From assembly GCA_964538855.1 (NCBI GenBank), contig CAZIEY010000001.1, positions 82,811-146,810 of the forward strand: a stretch of 64,000 nucleotides of DNA, written 5' to 3'. This DNA is from an uncultured Candidatus Saccharibacteria bacterium. Its GTDB lineage: Bacteria; Patescibacteriota; Minisyncoccia; Phycocordibacterales; JAACPR01. The position numbers were made by a program, and so were the translations under genes. Under the pieces are notes generated by a model. It worked only from the letters and a program-made list of their open reading frames with translations. It was not told the origin of the DNA and ran no database searches. Below are positions 9,641 through 18,418 of the stretch, piece after piece. Numbering within the stretch: the first letter of the stretch is position 1; each line of letters begins with the position of its first letter.

Positions 9641-10339
9641 TTACGAAACGTTTACATTAAGATTTCTGCCGGCAAGCACCCTCTCCGCTCGCTCCACATC
9701 TTCAGGATAACCAATCGGAATCCAAAGCTGCTCTTCGACTACTGCCAAAGGATATTTGTCCTTGTAACGCATAATAATTTCCGGCATAAAGTACTCATTC
9801 TTGATTGGCGCTTCGGGATTATAATCAAAAATATGTTGATCGAGCACCATCGGGCCAGTGGCGACCAAGTTAGACGATGGTGACGTCGGCTTTTCTTCCA
9901 TGTCAGCAATAGTGCCGTCGGGATTTCGTACAATCACACCGAAACGTTCTGGAGTGTCGCTTGTCGTCGCGAGAATCGATCGACTAAACGAAACTGCACG
10001 GGCCAAATCTTGTGCACCATGAATATCATCAGCAAACATGAACAAGAAACGACCGCGAACGTATTGTTTGCACAACCAGAGCGCCTTGGCTGGCCCATTA
10101 ATTTCTGTCTGTTCTACATACGTAACTGGTCGGCCATGAAAAACATTTCCGCAATATTCGCGGATCATTTCACCTTTATACCCCGTCACAATAATAATTT
10201 CTTTGACGGCAGTTGGAAATGCTTCGACGATATGATCAAGCAACGTTTTCCCCGCAACTTTTACAAGCGGTTTAGGAATAGTATCGGTGAGCGGACGCAA
10301 TCTGGTACCCCTTCCTGCTGCTAAAATGACGCATTGCAT
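9641..10339 (-). CDS. sugar-phosphate nucleotidyltransferase (NTP_transferase domain)
   Basis: VILAAGRGTRLRPLTDTIPKPLV signature; likely start at MQCVILAAG (10339) rather than the ORF-track start 10360. Confidence 0.7.
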   Translation of the reverse strand: MQCVILAAGRGTRLRPLTDTIPKPLVKVAGKTLLDHIVEAFPTAVKEIIIVTGYKGEMIREYCGNVFHGRPVTYVEQTEINGPAKALWLCKQYVRGRFLFMFADDIHGAQDLARAVSFSRSILATTSDTPERFGVIVRNPDGTIADMEEKPTSPSSNLVATGPMVLDQHIFDYNPEAPIKNEYFMPEIIMRYKDKYPLAVVEEQLWIPIGYPEDVERAERVLAGRNLNVNVS

Positions 10340-10393
10340 ATATAAGAGACATAGTATCACATACCGCCTCTGGCTTCCACGCGTACGAAATAA

Positions 10394-10696
10394 CTATTTC
10401 TCCCCTTTGACAATAATTCGATTATCGAAAGCGCCTTTTTCGTCGCGCTTGTGCAGACGAACATGTTCGAGGTCTTTGTATTCCGGCAATCGCATAAGCG
10501 CCATCACCACCTCCATCACATCAGCGAGCTCTTCTGTGACTGGTGTTGCCTGAAATTCGTGTGCTTCTTCAACTAATTTTTTAATTAACTCGGTCCTGTA
10601 TTCCGTGTCATCGGCGATGCGTTGTTGATATGGAACACCTTTGCAATCCAAAATGCGCGGGATGTTGTCGCGGACGAGTTTTTCGTAGGGGGTCAT
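10394..10696 (-). CDS. MazG-like nucleotide pyrophosphohydrolase (house-cleaning NTPase)
   Basis: 100 aa; EExxE pattern LVEEAHEF...ELADVMEVV typical of MazG/HisE-like all-alpha NTP-PPase. Confidence 0.65.
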   Translation of the reverse strand: MTPYEKLVRDNIPRILDCKGVPYQQRIADDTEYRTELIKKLVEEAHEFQATPVTEELADVMEVVMALMRLPEYKDLEHVRLHKRDEKGAFDNRIIVKGEK

Positions 10697-10744
10697 GGGG
10701 TTATTTTTATACTACCAATATTATAGCAGACTTTATATATGATA

Positions 10745-11314
10745 CTATTTTAATTTTTGAGTAATAGCCCTAAACAATTTTTCATATCCGCTTGCATTTG
10801 GATGCACACCATCAAACAAATCTGATTCGGGCTGTAATACATTAAACACATCAATAAATTGCAAGTTTTTTTCTTCAGCAATGTGTTTTAAATTATCGCA
10901 GTAAATTTGAATGTCTCGATTAACAAATCGCGTCCCCCCATATCTTGGCACAGACTCGTCTACAGCAGTAAGTCCCACGATAACAACATTGTTCGTATAC
11001 ACCTGTGCTTGTTGTATAAGCAGCCGCATATTTGCTTGAAACTTTTCTAATGGAACTTTATTTTTTGTCTCCCCATCTAAATATTTAGTATCATTAATAC
11101 CTATAGCAAAAATAATCTGAGTCGGCTCCAGAGAATCTGCTTCAGTTAAAAATCTTTTAAGTACATCCTCAGTGGTATCTCCATTCACCCCTCTGTTATA
11201 TACTGCGACGTAATCTCCTGTTGAGAATGTGTTTCTAAATCTACCAACCCAACCAAGCCCAGCCTCATCGCATGATCCGTATGTAATACTGTCTCCCCAA
11301 ATAGCTATTTGCAT
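10745..11314 (-). CDS. SGNH/GDSL family hydrolase
   Basis: IAIWGDSITYG (GDS block I), GINDT block, DGVHP block V. Confidence 0.75.
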   Translation of the reverse strand: MQIAIWGDSITYGSCDEAGLGWVGRFRNTFSTGDYVAVYNRGVNGDTTEDVLKRFLTEADSLEPTQIIFAIGINDTKYLDGETKNKVPLEKFQANMRLLIQQAQVYTNNVVIVGLTAVDESVPRYGGTRFVNRDIQIYCDNLKHIAEEKNLQFIDVFNVLQPESDLFDGVHPNASGYEKLFRAITQKLK

Positions 11315-11324
11315 AAGTTATATA

Positions 11325-11813
11325 TTAACATTTTTGTGGAGCTTTGAAATAAACCGTGAGTATCTCAACAACCTCCTCAAGCGACCTCTCGGTACTTACA
11401 GGTATCGCTCCTTTCTCAAGCATACTCTCCTCAAAATTCTTGTAAGTATCCAGCAGATACTTCTGAGCAGTTTCGTCCTTGCCGAAGTCGTTGTCTTTTC
11501 TTTCCATAATTCTTTTGAGAAAAGTTTCTGGAGCACACTGGAGCAATATAATTTTATCGAATAGGTGCAAAAAATCAGCCTGATTCTCTGCATGACCAAA
11601 GATGATAGTACCTTTGCCTTCATCAAGCATTTTTGCCAATCGCTCTTTATCACATACCCACATATGAGAATTAATAAATTCCTGATTGAGCACAGCTTCG
11701 TAATCTATTTTCTGACCATCTAATCTATTTATCCAACTACATTCTAAAGCTTCGAGGATTTTCTCGGAATTAGATAAGTTACATTCCAACAAAAAACTCT
11801 TGCCTATCTTCAA
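11325..11813 (-). CDS. hypothetical protein, degenerate P-loop kinase-like
   Basis: 162 aa; MKIGKSFLL resembles a decayed Walker A; 35-nt 3' overlap with upstream Nudix gene. Confidence 0.3.
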   Translation of the reverse strand: MKIGKSFLLECNLSNSEKILEALECSWINRLDGQKIDYEAVLNQEFINSHMWVCDKERLAKMLDEGKGTIIFGHAENQADFLHLFDKIILLQCAPETFLKRIMERKDNDFGKDETAQKYLLDTYKNFEESMLEKGAIPVSTERSLEEVVEILTVYFKAPQKC

Positions 11814-12222
11814 ACCATTTCGCTAGTACCAGCTTCAACTGTACAGGCAAAAGTTCAACAGTTGATAGATCGGATATTTTAATCTTTTCAAAACTCAGAA
11901 AAGATTCTCGGCTCTTGAATACGACATCAGCAGCGACTTCGGTTACAAATATGTGATTGATTTCGTGTTGAATAGCACCATCTTTGAAATCAAATTGATG
12001 TTCACACACACCGATGTGAACCGGTGTTGAATGTGGAAATCCACCCAGTTCTTCGATAAATTCCCTCTCGAGCGTTTGCGTCAAAGATTCTCCGCTCTCG
12101 ACATGTCCACCAGGCAGAAAGTAGAGATTATTACGCTTACAAATCAACACTGCATCACCTTGAATAATCAAGGCTCGGGCCAAGACGTGAATTGAAGAGT
12201 TTGAGGGGTGGTATAATTTCAT
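11779..12222 (-). CDS. Nudix hydrolase
   Basis: Nudix box GGHVESGESLTQTLEREFIEELGG. Confidence 0.8.
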   Translation of the reverse strand: MKLYHPSNSSIHVLARALIIQGDAVLICKRNNLYFLPGGHVESGESLTQTLEREFIEELGGFPHSTPVHIGVCEHQFDFKDGAIQHEINHIFVTEVAADVVFKSRESFLSFEKIKISDLSTVELLPVQLKLVLAKWFEDRQEFFVGM

Positions 12223-12798
12223 TTAATCAGTATAACATTTCAATATCAAATCACTCATAACTAACTTATTCGCAAACCGATGTATATGCGGATCAAGATT
12301 TATAATATCAGTTTTCAGTATCTCCTCGTAATCAAACCACCGACATCCATTAAATTCCCCTGGATCATAGGTAACTTTTTTGGTCGAATCTGCCTTGAGC
12401 ACATACCAAAGACTTACATCTGTGTGCCCCGCCGTCTTTCCGACAGTTACCGTTTGTGTAATGAAAAATGGATTCACGCTCAGAAATTCCGCTGGCATAT
12501 GTAACTCCTCTTGAATTTCGCGCTCGACAGTTGCACGCGGGTCCTCGTCTTTTTCGACATGACCCCCAGTAGGAAGCCATCTCTCTGCTTTGATATGATC
12601 GACGAGCAATATCTTACGTCTCGCGACATCAACAAGTACAAAATACGAAACGAGATGTTTTGGTGGCGTCGCTGGTTTCTCGATTCGAAATATTTCTACT
12701 CCACTATCTATCCAAGCAAGCGCATCGAAAATATGCTCAGCCTCGATATTATCGAATGGTCGTATCGATTGAATAAGTTGTTTAATGTGATTTCTCAT
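12223..12798 (-). CDS. Nudix hydrolase
   Basis: Nudix box TGGHVEKDEDPRATVEREIQEEL. Confidence 0.8.
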   Translation of the reverse strand: MRNHIKQLIQSIRPFDNIEAEHIFDALAWIDSGVEIFRIEKPATPPKHLVSYFVLVDVARRKILLVDHIKAERWLPTGGHVEKDEDPRATVEREIQEELHMPAEFLSVNPFFITQTVTVGKTAGHTDVSLWYVLKADSTKKVTYDPGEFNGCRWFDYEEILKTDIINLDPHIHRFANKLVMSDLILKCYTD

Positions 12799-12799
12799 T

Positions 12800-13222
12800 T
12801 TATATTACCCGGAATAAATCTTTATTCTTATGCGATTCAAGAAACCACTCTTTTATCGTATGCGGAACGAGGTTCAAATCCGCCACCTCTGATATATCTT
12901 TCCACATCGGCTCGTATTGATTCGATTCGTTTCTTTTTTGTATTTCATTCCCATTTCCCAATTGTGGCTCGCCAGATATATATGAGCAAAGATAAAAGTA
13001 GCTCTCTGAAGTCTCGTCAGTAATTTTATACAGATATTTTTCAACTTTCACTTTGATAGAAGTTTCTTCCATCGCTTCTCTAGCGACAGCTTCTTCGATA
13101 GTTTCACCTTCCTCTTTTCCTCCACCAGGAAATACGAAATACGTGTTGCCGTTCTTTTTTCTCCACAAGAGTAGGACTCTTTCTTTGTCGACGACTATGG
13201 CGACTGCGCGGGTGCGTTTCAT
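12800..13222 (-). CDS. Nudix hydrolase
   Basis: Nudix box PGGGKEEGETIEEAVAREAMEETSI. Confidence 0.8.
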   Translation of the reverse strand: MKRTRAVAIVVDKERVLLLWRKKNGNTYFVFPGGGKEEGETIEEAVAREAMEETSIKVKVEKYLYKITDETSESYFYLCSYISGEPQLGNGNEIQKRNESNQYEPMWKDISEVADLNLVPHTIKEWFLESHKNKDLFRVI

Positions 13223-13258
13223 AGTGTGATTATAACTCAGAAAACAGTTTCATCGAAA

Positions 13259-13903
13259 CTACTTCACAATCGACTGTATACGTTTAATCGCCTTCGGTTG
13301 ATTCATTCGTCCATGACCAACTGGATAGTAGGTTGGATAAATATGATACGTGTGACCATCAATTACCATATCTTCTTTCTGACTGCCACTATATTTACTG
13401 ACTGAAACTTGTTGACCAAGTAAAATAGAGCTGACTTGATTGCCAAACGTAATAATGTGTTGAGGCTTGATCAATGCAATTTCCCTTTTCATTAACTCGA
13501 CATATTTTCGAAAGACATCATCTTTCAAAGGACGAGCGTCGAGCTGAGTACATTTTGCTAAATTTGTTACGTAAACTCCTTTCTTTTGTAACTCAGTATA
13601 TATGTCTTCGCACACATTCAATGACCATTCGTGTGGTTGAAGCGTTTGCGTAATTTTAAAATATTTTTCAGGAAGAAAACGTAAATCTCTCAAAAGGCTC
13701 CAAATGTTTTTGGTGCCGAGCCAAGGAGCTCGCATTCCTTTCCACGATTTCTGTGCAGATACATTTTTTGCAGTCGGATTCATAAAAATAAGCATTACTT
13801 TAGGCTTATCTATACAACCAGCTCCATACACAGAACAAAGAGAGCTGTCTCCATACAGATTATGTAGCACGTCTATTTCATGGTGTATTTCTTTTACTTG
13901 CAT
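13259..13903 (-). CDS. uracil-DNA glycosylase superfamily protein (MUG/SMUG-like motif)
   Basis: VMLIFMNPTAKN resembles the G[IM]NPG motif A of MUG/SMUG-type UDGs; C-terminal YPVGHG in the position of motif B; assignment tentative. Confidence 0.45.
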   Translation of the reverse strand: MQVKEIHHEIDVLHNLYGDSSLCSVYGAGCIDKPKVMLIFMNPTAKNVSAQKSWKGMRAPWLGTKNIWSLLRDLRFLPEKYFKITQTLQPHEWSLNVCEDIYTELQKKGVYVTNLAKCTQLDARPLKDDVFRKYVELMKREIALIKPQHIITFGNQVSSILLGQQVSVSKYSGSQKEDMVIDGHTYHIYPTYYPVGHGRMNQPKAIKRIQSIVK

Positions 13904-13962
13904 AGTGAATTAATTGAAGCTGATAATTAGAACGTCCTATTTTCTGCACGACTGATTTTTTA

Positions 13963-14436
13963 TTAATAACCTTCAGGTGGTCGAATCTTTGGGCCTAACA
14001 AGCTATAGCTCTTCGCTTTCAGTTGCATATCTATATTATGAACTTCAGTCTCTAACATAGATTTTTCTTCTGGTGTTTTCGACTCAAGAATATAAGCCAA
14101 TGTTTTATCAAAATCATTTTTAAACTTTTGATTTATATCTTTCCACGCAATACCTTTAAGTATTTGTGCGATCTTTGGAGAATATTGTAATTCACCAATC
14201 ATCATCAAAAACGCAATCGCGGGATATCCTAAATAACCTTTGTAAAAAGAAGCATTATCATTAACCATAATCGAATCCGAATCTGAGTCAAAATTAACTG
14301 TATAAAATTTATTCCCGCTTGAAGAATACACTTTTGCAGAATTTCCTTCTATTGTTAATCTATTATCTGCGACAGAACCAAGAGCTTCGTAAATCTTTAT
14401 TATCGGTGGATGTTGCCATTTCATATTACATATCAT
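13963..14436 (-). CDS. hypothetical protein
   Basis: 157 aa ORF with good coding periodicity; no motif recognised. Confidence 0.4.
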   Translation of the reverse strand: MICNMKWQHPPIIKIYEALGSVADNRLTIEGNSAKVYSSSGNKFYTVNFDSDSDSIMVNDNASFYKGYLGYPAIAFLMMIGELQYSPKIAQILKGIAWKDINQKFKNDFDKTLAYILESKTPEEKSMLETEVHNIDMQLKAKSYSLLGPKIRPPEGY

Positions 14437-14504
14437 ATCACTCGTTCAAATTTTTCTAAATAGAGGGGGCGCCCTTTCGTTATGAAAATTTACACCAAAT
14501 CTAA

Positions 14505-15227
14505 TTATCGTTTTACCAATTCCCAAACTTCGACAAATGCTCCAACGTCTTCAGAAAATGTTGTATCTGTTGCCAAAGGCCAAACTTTAATTCCATCTCG
14601 AAGGACAAAACCAGCGTTGATTAATTGGCGATGGGCAAACTCTCTAGATACTTTATATTCGAATCGATCACTGTGTGCAGTCTGCATAATGAAATTTTCC
14701 AACTCAGAGCTTCTACTATTTTGAGGTATATTCTTCAGTAAATAATCATAATATGCCAAAGTCGTTGCTTTATCTGGACTATATATTTCTCCTAAAAGTA
14801 ACACGCCTCCAATTTTAAGTGCGTCTTTAGATACTTCAACGTATTTTTCTTTATCTTCATCTGCTACATGATGATAGGCAAACATCGATATTATTGCGTC
14901 ATGCTCTGACTTCAATGAAACTTTTAAAATATCCGACTGTATTGGAACTACATTTTCGGCTCTTATATTAGATTTGGCTGCGATTGCGAGAAATTCTTTA
15001 TTGATATCAATTAAAGTTGCCTGGTGTAATGCGATGCGATCTGCAATAAGATGAGTATTGTTACCTGTGCCGCAACAAAAGTCTGCAATTGTTAGCGGGG
15101 CTTTATCTTTGAGAAATTTTAAAGTTAATTCCAACAACACTTTTCGAGCGCCGACATAATCTGGTCTCTTTTCCTGAAGAGTTTCATATAAAGCCGTTGT
15201 CTTTGTATATAAATCTATGTCTGTCAT
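14505..15227 (-). CDS. class I SAM-dependent methyltransferase
   Basis: Motif I IADFCCGTGNNT, acidic motif II LIDIN; UbiE/small-molecule MTase-like. Confidence 0.75.
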   Translation of the reverse strand: MTDIDLYTKTTALYETLQEKRPDYVGARKVLLELTLKFLKDKAPLTIADFCCGTGNNTHLIADRIALHQATLIDINKEFLAIAAKSNIRAENVVPIQSDILKVSLKSEHDAIISMFAYHHVADEDKEKYVEVSKDALKIGGVLLLGEIYSPDKATTLAYYDYLLKNIPQNSRSSELENFIMQTAHSDRFEYKVSREFAHRQLINAGFVLRDGIKVWPLATDTTFSEDVGAFVEVWELVKR

Positions 15228-15366
15228 GTTGCGTATAATTGTAGACTTTTATGGAGAATATTCAATTGGTGGGACTTAGGTGTGTTTAATTTGCTTAGAC
15301 CTCTTTGGCGATGTTAGAACCGTTTTATTGCATGAAAAAAGTAAATTTTATTGTTGATGTAAAATT

Positions 15367-17952
15367 CTAATTTACTGATGTGCTTAATGAATATGTATTT
15401 ATAAACGCCTGAGTGTGTGGACCAAGAACTCCTGTCCCTGATGTCAGACCAGCGGGTTCAAGAATACTTTCTTTGTTTGCTTCTTGGAATTTCTTGAGGG
15501 CAATTTGAGTTAGTATACCAAAATACGATGTCTCAGAACCCCTTGAACCCGGGCCTGAAGTATTTATCGTAAATCCGTTTGCGTTAAGGAATTTTTGAAG
15601 CTCTACAACATCTGGATCTGTCACCTGAGGACGAAGGATTTTATTAAAAATAAACTTTGTATTGGTTGTTGATGTAACCTCTATCGGCGCTATGTTATTT
15701 TCTGGTTCAACTTCGCTTTGTACCACAACTGATATTGATTGTTGATCTGTAAATTGATTTGGGTATTGATTTATGAGAACGTTTGCTGCCTCGATATTGC
15801 CCATGTCGGTTAAATTCCTAACCCTTCTTGCAACAGAAGAACCCGGGGATCTTCTTGGTGTATCTTCCTCAACTACAGGTTCACTTTCTGTGGTAAAACT
15901 CCAAGTTGTGGCGTCAGAAATTCCTGCATAACTATTACCACTCGTGTCATCAAATGCCGTCGCATCGATTTGCACATAATACTCTGTTTCATATTCAAAA
16001 TCCGCAGTTGGATTTATTGTAATTATCGTTGTACCTGTTCCTGTTACTAAAAGTCCAGTGACGTCCATCGCCTGTACTAATGAATCATCACTTGATTTAT
16101 AAAGAGAAATATTTCCTGTCTCAACGTCTACTATTTCATCAAAAGTAATAACCAAATTTGCATCAAGGTCAACATCGATCGCTCCATCAAGAGGCGAAAG
16201 ACTAGATACTGCAGGAACACCAGTGTCGGCGGTGGTAAAACTCCACGAAGTCGTATCTGAAATTCCTGCATAACTATTACCACTCGTGTCATCAAATGCG
16301 GTCGCGTCGATTTGGATATAATATTGAGTAAAGCTAGATAATACTGTATTCGGATTTATAGTAATGATTGTTGTTCCGGTACCAGTGACAAGACCACTCG
16401 TCACATCGATGGTTTCAATAGTGGAATCGTCGCTTGATTTTTTAATCGTAATGTTTCCTGTTTCCACATCGACCGCCGTATCGAATGTCAAAATCAAGTT
16501 CGCTGTTGCAGAAACGCCTGTTGCATTATCGGCTGGCGATAATGTCGAAATAATCGGTGCAGTCGTATCAATCACCAACGCCTTGTTTGCGGCGAGGTTT
16601 GTCGTCGGTACAAAATTACTCATTGCATTTGCTGATGCGTCTGCGATCGTTCCAGAAATACTTGAAACAGTCAGGTCAGCCGACGTATCACCTGCTTGAA
16701 CGGTATAGTTACATGTTCCTGTTGTAGTTGCAGTCACTGAAAAAGTACATGTTCGATCAGTATCTCCCGTTTCCAATGTAACAGTCACATCTCCCGTCGA
16801 GGTTACTACTTCGGAAAATGTGACGTCAATATCAATTACTTCACCAACGGTGTAAGAACCATTTGTTTTATCGGATGAAACATTAGTAATTGTCGGCGCA
16901 GTAACATCAGAATAGTCTTGCCATAACAGATATGGGTATCCATCATTATTTACCCCATCAATAGCCCAAATAGTACTAAAATCCCAACCGGAATAGGTTC
17001 CTTGGGTTTTCATTTGTGATGTTGTTTTACCTACGACACCTGCCCCACCACCGGATGTGGCGCGCCCAGATGTTTCGGTATCCCAATACGAACTTGTCGT
17101 GTTGGTATAGCTTGATCCAGCCAGACCTCCGACATTACTCGGAAAACTGCCAGACACCATCGTTATTGACCCTGTGGAGTACAAATTTGTTTTAGTACCA
17201 CTACTATAATCATTTCCATACAATCCTCCAACAGATCCTTGGTTAGCAACACTGTATGTCAATACAATATTACTGCGTGAATAAGAATTGTTAATCGTCC
17301 CACCACTATACGCTTCACCAGCAAGACCTCCAAAACAACAAGTCGCAGCCCCCGTCGGAGTGAAGTAGACTGTGTTATCTGAATATGTTTGCGTCATGGA
17401 TCCATAATTTGAACCAACTAATCCACCGGTGCGTTGGAAACCAGTGATTGAACCATCAACAACACTCACTTTTGATATGGCACCAGTATTTGACCCTACT
17501 AATGCTCCAACACCCACATTTCCCGTGACTACAGCATTGTTTAATAATAAATTTGAAATAGTTGCACCACTGGCTACATATCCAAAAAGTCCAACATTGT
17601 TTGTTCCTGAACTGTTGTAATATAAATTCGAAATGGTTTTGAAATCACCGTCAAACTTTCCGTAAAAATACGAACCACTTGTTCCAATCGGTGTCCATCC
17701 GGTTCCTGTATTATAAGGGGAAACGTTTAAATCAATATCAGCATCCATTTTAAAATACTTCCCTGAATTTCCTGCACCTAGACAATTTGAAATCGCAGCA
17801 AGTTCAGTCGGTGTGCTAATTAAATAGGGTGCTCCTACGGTTCCTGATCCGCCTGTAATACTATCTCCGCATGCAGCAAAAGCCTCTGGTGTCATCACCG
17901 CAAATAACACAATTGCAATAATAAAATAAAGCCATCTCTTCATAGAAAACAT
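15367..17952 (-). CDS. large cell-surface protein: signal peptide, GLUG/beta-helix repeats, two tandem Ig-like (Big) domains, C-terminal peptidoglycan-binding domain
   Basis: Two ~115 aa near-identical repeats (…LSPADNATGVSATANLILTFD… / …LSPLDGAIDVDLDANLVITFD…); G-rich GGLVGSNYG/GGLAG repeats; C-terminal PDVVELQKFLNANGF… PG_binding_1-like; start chosen at MFSMKRW (17952) directly abutting a TGTTATAAT -10 element. Confidence 0.7.
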   Translation of the reverse strand: MFSMKRWLYFIIAIVLFAVMTPEAFAACGDSITGGSGTVGAPYLISTPTELAAISNCLGAGNSGKYFKMDADIDLNVSPYNTGTGWTPIGTSGSYFYGKFDGDFKTISNLYYNSSGTNNVGLFGYVASGATISNLLLNNAVVTGNVGVGALVGSNTGAISKVSVVDGSITGFQRTGGLVGSNYGSMTQTYSDNTVYFTPTGAATCCFGGLAGEAYSGGTINNSYSRSNIVLTYSVANQGSVGGLYGNDYSSGTKTNLYSTGSITMVSGSFPSNVGGLAGSSYTNTTSSYWDTETSGRATSGGGAGVVGKTTSQMKTQGTYSGWDFSTIWAIDGVNNDGYPYLLWQDYSDVTAPTITNVSSDKTNGSYTVGEVIDIDVTFSEVVTSTGDVTVTLETGDTDRTCTFSVTATTTGTCNYTVQAGDTSADLTVSSISGTIADASANAMSNFVPTTNLAANKALVIDTTAPIISTLSPADNATGVSATANLILTFDTAVDVETGNITIKKSSDDSTIETIDVTSGLVTGTGTTIITINPNTVLSSFTQYYIQIDATAFDDTSGNSYAGISDTTSWSFTTADTGVPAVSSLSPLDGAIDVDLDANLVITFDEIVDVETGNISLYKSSDDSLVQAMDVTGLLVTGTGTTIITINPTADFEYETEYYVQIDATAFDDTSGNSYAGISDATTWSFTTESEPVVEEDTPRRSPGSSVARRVRNLTDMGNIEAANVLINQYPNQFTDQQSISVVVQSEVEPENNIAPIEVTSTTNTKFIFNKILRPQVTDPDVVELQKFLNANGFTINTSGPGSRGSETSYFGILTQIALKKFQEANKESILEPAGLTSGTGVLGPHTQAFINTYSLSTSVN

Positions 17953-18016
17953 GGACATATTATAACACAATATTTTTTCCAAACTTAAATAAAACCCAAA
18001 TTCTCTGCCTCACGTT

Positions 18017-18195
18017 TGCTGCCCGACAGGGACTCGGTCACAGGTTTTCTTCGCTTCGCTACGAAACCCGCGACCCCGCCTCGCGACCTATTTCTCACTA
18101 CGTTCGAAACAGGTAACCCGCTCCGGCTTTCGAGTCCTGACGTAACGCTCTCGCGTTACTTCGGACATCACTCCGCTCGCTTCGCTTGCTCCGTG
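18017..18195 (-). repeat. tRNA-trailing GC-rich element ending in 20-nt direct copy of tRNA-Gln 3' end
   Basis: 18017-18036 is identical to 18194-18213 (tgctgcccgacagggactcg); contains GGGGTCGCG and GTGACCGAG blocks shared with the Leu and Trp elements; strong internal hairpins (GTAACGC/GCGTTAC). Confidence 0.6.
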
Positions 18196-18266
18196 CTGCC
18201 CGACAGGGACTCGAACCCCAATACCCGCCTCCAAAGGGCGGTGTCCTACCATTAGACGATCGGGCA
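18196..18266 (-). tRNA. tRNA-Gln (anticodon TTG)
   Basis: Manual fold: acceptor TGCCCGA/TCGGGCA, D-loop AATGGTA, anticodon loop CTTTGGA, T-loop TTCGAGT; CCA not encoded. Confidence 0.8.
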
Positions 18267-18324
18267 AAAAGACAATACGACAAGCATACTATTTTTAGGT
18301 TGAAATTTCAACTTATTTTTAATC

Positions 18325-18353
18325 TTGACCTTGGCAAAATATTTTTGATATAA
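18325..18353 (+). promoter_or_regulatory. near-consensus sigma70 promoter (TTGACC-N17-TGATATAAT)
   Basis: Seen directly; points toward the hairpin terminator 25 nt downstream; convergent with the NYN gene. Confidence 0.45.
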
Positions 18354-18379
18354 TCATTGGGTAGAATAAACGGTAGAAA

Positions 18380-18418
18380 CAAGGCCTGCAGGTTCCGTCC
18401 TGCAGGACCTGTTTGTTT
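18380..18418. terminator. bidirectional intrinsic terminator (palindromic CCTGCAGG stem, loop TTCCGT)
   Basis: 8-bp perfect stem; T-tract GTTTGTTTTT on plus strand, U-rich tract on minus; ends the NYN gene (minus) and any plus-strand short transcript. Confidence 0.6.

Noticed and set aside
18017-18266. Integrated prophage or genomic island bounded by tRNA 3'-end direct repeats
   Set aside because: The DNA between the tRNA and its 3'-end copy is only 157-230 bp at all three loci and encodes no integrase or cargo. It is interpreted instead as a miniature element or trailer family (see findings).
18016-18283. ORF-track ORFs overlapping tRNA-Gln and its trailer (18016..18255 +, 18098..18283 -)
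   Set aside because: Arg/Pro-rich translations of GC-rich structured DNA. They overlap a bona fide tRNA and have no start context. Spurious.
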